From Candidatus Bathyarchaeia archaeon (lineage in GTDB: Archaea > Thermoproteota > Bathyarchaeia > Bathyarchaeales > Bathycorpusculaceae), in the NCBI GenBank assembly GCA_049515895.1, contig JBEKTQ010000011.1:1-64000 (forward strand): a stretch of DNA of 64,000 nt, given 5' to 3'. Under the pieces are notes generated by a model. It saw only the letters and a list, made by a program, of their open reading frames with translations, searched no databases and was not told where the DNA came from. Below are positions 59,722 through 64,000 of the stretch, piece after piece. A program made the translations under genes and the position numbers. The stretch's first letter is position 1. Each line of letters opens with the position of its first letter.

Positions 59722-61758
59722 CTATGTTTTCTTTAGGCATCCTTCCCTTGGCTCGTAGATTGTTCCTTCACGTAGCAGTTGGCTTATCATGCGTTCGACT
59801 TCGCCTCTTGGAATCTTGTTTTTCGTTTCCAACTCGTTGACAAGAGCGTCTTTCTCAACTATTCCCGTCACCTTTTCCATACTCATCAGCGTCGATAGCA
59901 CAATGGAGAGCCTGTCTCGGATGCTTTTGGGTCTACCAGTCATTATCAAGTCAATATCCATCTTGTACGACGATAAGTCAATCCCGACTTCTTCCAGAGA
60001 TTTCCTCATGATGGAAATAGCAGCGCCCGCGTCTTCAGCAGTAACTTCCCTCCGTAGCGCCACCCGAGCTCGGGCTTCTGAAAGGCGAATAAGCGACTCA
60101 AGCTGGCGCGCAGTTATCGCCACGGGTGAGCCTTCTGTTTCGCTTGCTGAACGCATGGCTAAGTAAAAGTCGCTAAGCTGTTTTAACGCCTCGTCTGTAA
60201 GCACAGGCTTAATCCCCTTGGCGTAGCTGACATATTTCCGGAGCAACTCAGCATCAACTTGCGCCTCAACTGGGCTAGCTCCCCTTCGATGGAGCTCCAA
60301 AATGTGCCTAGACATTTTGCCATCAGACTCCTTGTTGGGCACGTCGCGAAGAACGAAAATTAAATCAAACCGTGAGAGAATGGTTACTGGCAACGGAACG
60401 TTCTCAGCAACGGTGCGGTTAGGCTCATATCTTCCCAAAGAAGGGTTAGCAGCTGCCAACACTGCCGTCCGAGCGTTTAATGTGGCGACAATTCCGCCTT
60501 TTGCAACCGAAACTGTGTGCTGTTCCATCGCCTCGTGGATAGCCACTCGGTCTTCAGGACGCATTTTGTCCATTTCGTCGATGCAAGCTATTCCTTTGTC
60601 AGCTAGCACCAAAGCGCCTGCTTCCAGACTCATGCTTCCGCCTTTCTCCCTTACTACTGCTGCGGTTAAGCCAGCGGCTGTGGTTCCCCTTCCCGAAGTG
60701 TACAGTCCACGGGGCGCTATTCTAGCCACGTACTGAAGAAGCTGCGATTTGGCGGTTCCGGGATCTCCAATGAGTAAGATGTTCGGTTCTCCTCTTATGC
60801 TTACATCGGGCAGAGTTTTTGAGACTCCCCCGAAGAGCAGGTACATTATTGCTTCTTTGATGTGTTCGTAGCCGAAGATTGAGGGTGCGATGGAATCCCT
60901 GATTTTCCTGTGCACCCACGGGTCTTTCGAAAGGGCGTGGATTTTTTCTTCTTCTTCAGGGGTAGGCGGAGAAGTTTCAGGTTCTTTGCCCAGCAATTCG
61001 ACTGAGTTAGCGTCAAGTTGAAGGATAAAAGTTCGAAGTTTTCCCATCCCCATCAGAGAAGGCGCGAAGGCATGCACAATGCCAACTATAGAAACGTGGT
61101 CTCCTGGTCTGGCAACGTCGACGATGTCGTCGCCCACTGTCTTCACGGCTAAAGTGCGCGGTAACTGCCCTGGCGGCAAGTCTTCGGGTTTTTCCTGTAA
61201 ACGCAGGTCTTGTGAGTCTATAAAGGTGGATTCTTCCTGGACGAATTCGAATGGGCCGTCTCTTCCGCAGTCAGGTGCAATGCATACGGCTGGCGCTTTC
61301 AGAAACTGCCCGGTTTGCTCGACCATGTTCATGGTTCCGCAACGTTTGCATTTGAATGCTCCTTGTAGAACCATGGGTCTCACAGGTGTGGCTCTCACAA
61401 CTATACCTTCAATCATTACAAGCTTGGTCATCTGTTTTGACCCGAGTTTTCGAAGTTGTTCCTTGCCGAGGAGCTGCACAATTCTTATGATTATCTTCTC
61501 TATTTTTTCGGCATATTCAGCGTCTTCTATGCGAAGTTGCTCATAAGCGCCTTTTCCAGCATGCTGCAAATACTCTTCAGGCCTGTTCAGCAGTTGTTCC
61601 GCGAGCGCTTGGTCGAAGCTGTAGAGTTCTTCAAAATCGATTGTTATCGAGTTTTTCCCGGTGATAGCTAACTGCCCGATTCTTTGACGGTACTTTTCCC
61701 TCTTAAAAAACTCCTGAAAACGCTGCTGAGGATCAATAGTTAATTGCTCGTTAGCCAT
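59722..61758 (-). CDS. mcm: MCM replicative helicase (no intein)
   Basis: Zn finger, GDPGTAKSQ, IDEMDKM, SRFD and ITARQLE. Confidence 0.98.
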   Translation of the reverse strand: MANEQLTIDPQQRFQEFFKREKYRQRIGQLAITGKNSITIDFEELYSFDQALAEQLLNRPEEYLQHAGKGAYEQLRIEDAEYAEKIEKIIIRIVQLLGKEQLRKLGSKQMTKLVMIEGIVVRATPVRPMVLQGAFKCKRCGTMNMVEQTGQFLKAPAVCIAPDCGRDGPFEFVQEESTFIDSQDLRLQEKPEDLPPGQLPRTLAVKTVGDDIVDVARPGDHVSIVGIVHAFAPSLMGMGKLRTFILQLDANSVELLGKEPETSPPTPEEEEKIHALSKDPWVHRKIRDSIAPSIFGYEHIKEAIMYLLFGGVSKTLPDVSIRGEPNILLIGDPGTAKSQLLQYVARIAPRGLYTSGRGTTAAGLTAAVVREKGGSMSLEAGALVLADKGIACIDEMDKMRPEDRVAIHEAMEQHTVSVAKGGIVATLNARTAVLAAANPSLGRYEPNRTVAENVPLPVTILSRFDLIFVLRDVPNKESDGKMSRHILELHRRGASPVEAQVDAELLRKYVSYAKGIKPVLTDEALKQLSDFYLAMRSASETEGSPVAITARQLESLIRLSEARARVALRREVTAEDAGAAISIMRKSLEEVGIDLSSYKMDIDLIMTGRPKSIRDRLSIVLSTLMSMEKVTGIVEKDALVNELETKNKIPRGEVERMISQLLREGTIYEPREGCLKKT

Positions 61759-61760
61759 CT

Positions 61761-62312
61761 TTACTTGTCACCCTCCGCTTCCAATATTTTGGCTTTCCAT
61801 TCAGAAATAATTTTGACAAGCTGCTCATAGAGGATTTTTTCTTCGTTTGACAGCTTTTTAATAACCTGTTCACTTTGTCCCGGCGCAGCAGAAAGCGCAA
61901 CGATCTTTTTCAGCCGGGAATTCACCACGTCTTTTGCGAGATGCTGCGTTTTTTGGTACTCGCTTATTTTTTCAGGCTGAGTGGCTTCTTGTTTTAGGAT
62001 CACAAGGTAGCGTCTAAGTTTAGGGTAGAAATCGTCTGGCAACTCGGAGATTTGCCCTGGAATCTGTACGCCTTCTCTCCACTGCACCTTAAACAGTTTA
62101 GTTGTGTCTAATATGTCCTCTTCGCGAAAATGAATCATTCCAGCGCTGCATAGCTCTTTTGCGACCCAAAAATAAACTTCATACTCGTTTCCCTCATCAA
62201 AGGGGCCAACCGTTAAACCTGCAAGCTTGATCTCAGGACAGTTCCTGTTAGCAACAATTCTGACTAGGGAGTTCTCGTAACAAAAATCCAACGTGCAAAT
62301 TTTAGCTGCCAA
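61761..62312 (-). CDS. gins23: GINS23 subunit
   Basis: B-domain first (GPF...YFWVA), LPDDFY and RLKKI...EE; directly upstream of mcm. Confidence 0.85.
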   Translation of the reverse strand: MAAKICTLDFCYENSLVRIVANRNCPEIKLAGLTVGPFDEGNEYEVYFWVAKELCSAGMIHFREEDILDTTKLFKVQWREGVQIPGQISELPDDFYPKLRRYLVILKQEATQPEKISEYQKTQHLAKDVVNSRLKKIVALSAAPGQSEQVIKKLSNEEKILYEQLVKIISEWKAKILEAEGDK

Positions 62313-62445
62313 ACCCTTCTTCCTCCCTCAGTCCCGATTACTTATCCCTTTGTGGGATTCAAGAGATATGCAGATAGCCGTTTTAAAGATTTTCATTCAA
62401 AAAACAAATACAAAAAGAAGGTCTCCGCAGCAATGAATAAGTGGT

Positions 62446-63696
62446 TTAAGGCCATAATCCAAGCGTTTTTATTGCGTTTGCCACCCTGCCGACTCCCAGC
62501 ATCAACGCTCCCGTGCGCATGTCGCTCTCTTCCCTCTCAGCCAGAGCGACTACGTCGTTGAAGGCTTTAGTCATTTTTTCCTCAAGTTTGCTGTTGACCG
62601 TTTCCAGCGTCCATTGCTCGCGCGTCAAGTTTTGCACCCACTCAAAGTAACTAACGGTCACTCCACCACTGTTAGCAAGTATGTCGGGGATTAAGCAAAT
62701 CTCTTTCTCATACAGTACTTTGTCCGCCTCAGGCGTTGTCGGTCCGTTCGCGGCTTCAGCAACCATTTTTGCCTTTATTTTGTCCGCGTTTTTACAGGTA
62801 ATCTGGTTCTCGAGCGCTGCTGGAATGAGTACGTCGCAGGGCAACTCGAGCAGTTCCGCGTTGGTTATGTTTTTGGATTCTTTGTAGTTTTGCACGGATC
62901 CAGTTTTTTCTTTGTGCGCTAGAACGTCTGGAATGTTTAATCCGTCTGACGCGTAGATGCCTCCAGTTGAGTCGCTGACAGCTATTACTTTGGCGCCTAT
63001 TTCTTGAGCTGCAGCCGCCGCGTGGTAACCGACGTTGCCAAAGCCTTGAATGGCTATCGGGGCGTTTTTGAGTTTAAGGCTGTTGTTTTCGGCAGCTTGT
63101 TTTACGCAGTGGATTACACCTCTTCCTGTAGCTTCGGTTCTGCCCCATGAACCGCCGATTTCAACTGGTTTGCCCGTGGCGCTTTCGGGTATGCTGTAGC
63201 CTTTCAGTTGGCTGTAAGTGTCCATTATCCAAGCCATGGTTTGTGCGTCAGTGTACATGTCCGGAGCGGGGATGTCGCGGTGCGGACCCAAATACTCAGC
63301 GATTAAGCTGACGTACCTTCTGGTCAACCGTTCAAGCTCATGCCTGCTCATCTTTTTTGTGTCGACAACTATGCCACCTTTGGCTCCTCCGAACGGAATG
63401 TTTGCGATGGCGCATTTCCAAGTCATTAACATCGCCAAAGCGGTAACATCGTCAATCGTGACGGTTGGACTGTAGCGCATCCCTCCCTTGAACGGTCCGC
63501 GTGCGTCCCAATGCTGAACTCGAACACCGCTGAAAACTCCGACGACCCCGTTATCCATGCGTATGTCGATGCTTACGCTGATCGATCGCTTTGGCAGGCT
63601 AAGCATCCTGCATATGCCTGGGTCTAATTGGAGTTTTTTGGTTGCCAGTTTAAGTTGGGATAATGCTACGTTTAATGTTGCATGTTCTTCAGCCAT
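62446..63696 (-). CDS. gdhA: Glutamate dehydrogenase (Glu/Leu/Phe/Val family)
   Basis: GPFKGG, GGAKGG, DIPAPD, GFGNVG and EAANGP. Confidence 0.96.
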   Translation of the reverse strand: MAEEHATLNVALSQLKLATKKLQLDPGICRMLSLPKRSISVSIDIRMDNGVVGVFSGVRVQHWDARGPFKGGMRYSPTVTIDDVTALAMLMTWKCAIANIPFGGAKGGIVVDTKKMSRHELERLTRRYVSLIAEYLGPHRDIPAPDMYTDAQTMAWIMDTYSQLKGYSIPESATGKPVEIGGSWGRTEATGRGVIHCVKQAAENNSLKLKNAPIAIQGFGNVGYHAAAAAQEIGAKVIAVSDSTGGIYASDGLNIPDVLAHKEKTGSVQNYKESKNITNAELLELPCDVLIPAALENQITCKNADKIKAKMVAEAANGPTTPEADKVLYEKEICLIPDILANSGGVTVSYFEWVQNLTREQWTLETVNSKLEEKMTKAFNDVVALAEREESDMRTGALMLGVGRVANAIKTLGLWP

Positions 63697-64000
63697 AAAA
63701 TCAAGCCTTCTGCAACAGTGTGTTAATCAGGAATAGCTAGATAAACTTGCCTTCGTTCATTTTTTGTGTGCTGGGTTGATGCTATCGTATACGGCTCTCT
63801 GGTGTGCTGTATAAATTGAAAAAGAGAATTTTTGTAGTTTTATTATTTAAATCAAATCAAAAGCATGTTGGTGCTGACTTATTTGAGTCCTTTATCACTG
63901 AATATTTCCAAGAAACCTTTCATTTTCCAGTAAGTATCCAAAAACTCTAAGCCGCGAGGCGTTGCGAAACAGAACGTTTGTTCCTCTGTACATCGGTGAA

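Noticed and set aside
59722-61758. Intein in MCM
   Set aside because: The 678-aa length and contiguous motifs leave no room for an insertion.
59573-64000. Replication origin near mcm/gins or in the AT-rich end of the window
   Set aside because: There is no cdc6/orc1 gene and no recognisable repeated ORB boxes with G-strings.

Overview
Archaeal chromosomal window, most consistent with Bathyarchaeia (TACK), judged from gene content and gene order. It has three zones. (1) 1-6.8 kb is an AT-rich, minus-strand island. It carries a DUF2075/Schlafen-3-like helicase (frameshifted), a D12-class adenine methyltransferase, a NurA-like nuclease, a HerA ATPase, an unannotated 44-aa ORF and an SMC/Rad50-like ATPase that runs off the window. 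The last four genes overlap or abut, suggesting translational coupling. This is the best candidate for an undescribed defence or DNA-end-processing system. (2) 7-33 kb is accessory. It contains aIF5A, a REC-PAS histidine kinase, and a 2.9-kb IS5/IS1182-like element with terminal inverted repeats (TIRs) and an ATGC target duplication, whose transposase is split by passenger genes between 98-bp direct repeats. It also holds an ABC exporter, secreted beta-propeller proteins (one with a long 5' leader hairpin, one with a PEF-CTERM tail), several tiny Cys-rich or basic proteins, pseudogenes and a phased 10-bp G-rich repeat. (3) 33-64 kb is conserved core information-processing operons: srp54-pus10-rpl21e-rpo4-DUF655-ksgA-hemK; rpl10e-ppsA-dph2-csl4-rpo11-tfs-pcna-priL-priS-gins15; rpl44e-rps27e-aIF2alpha-nop10-PAC2; gins23-mcm; gdh. 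In this zone aIF2alpha survives only as an internally deleted 63-aa remnant. No rRNA, tRNA or CRISPR array was recognised. All family calls come from motif recognition, not database searches.
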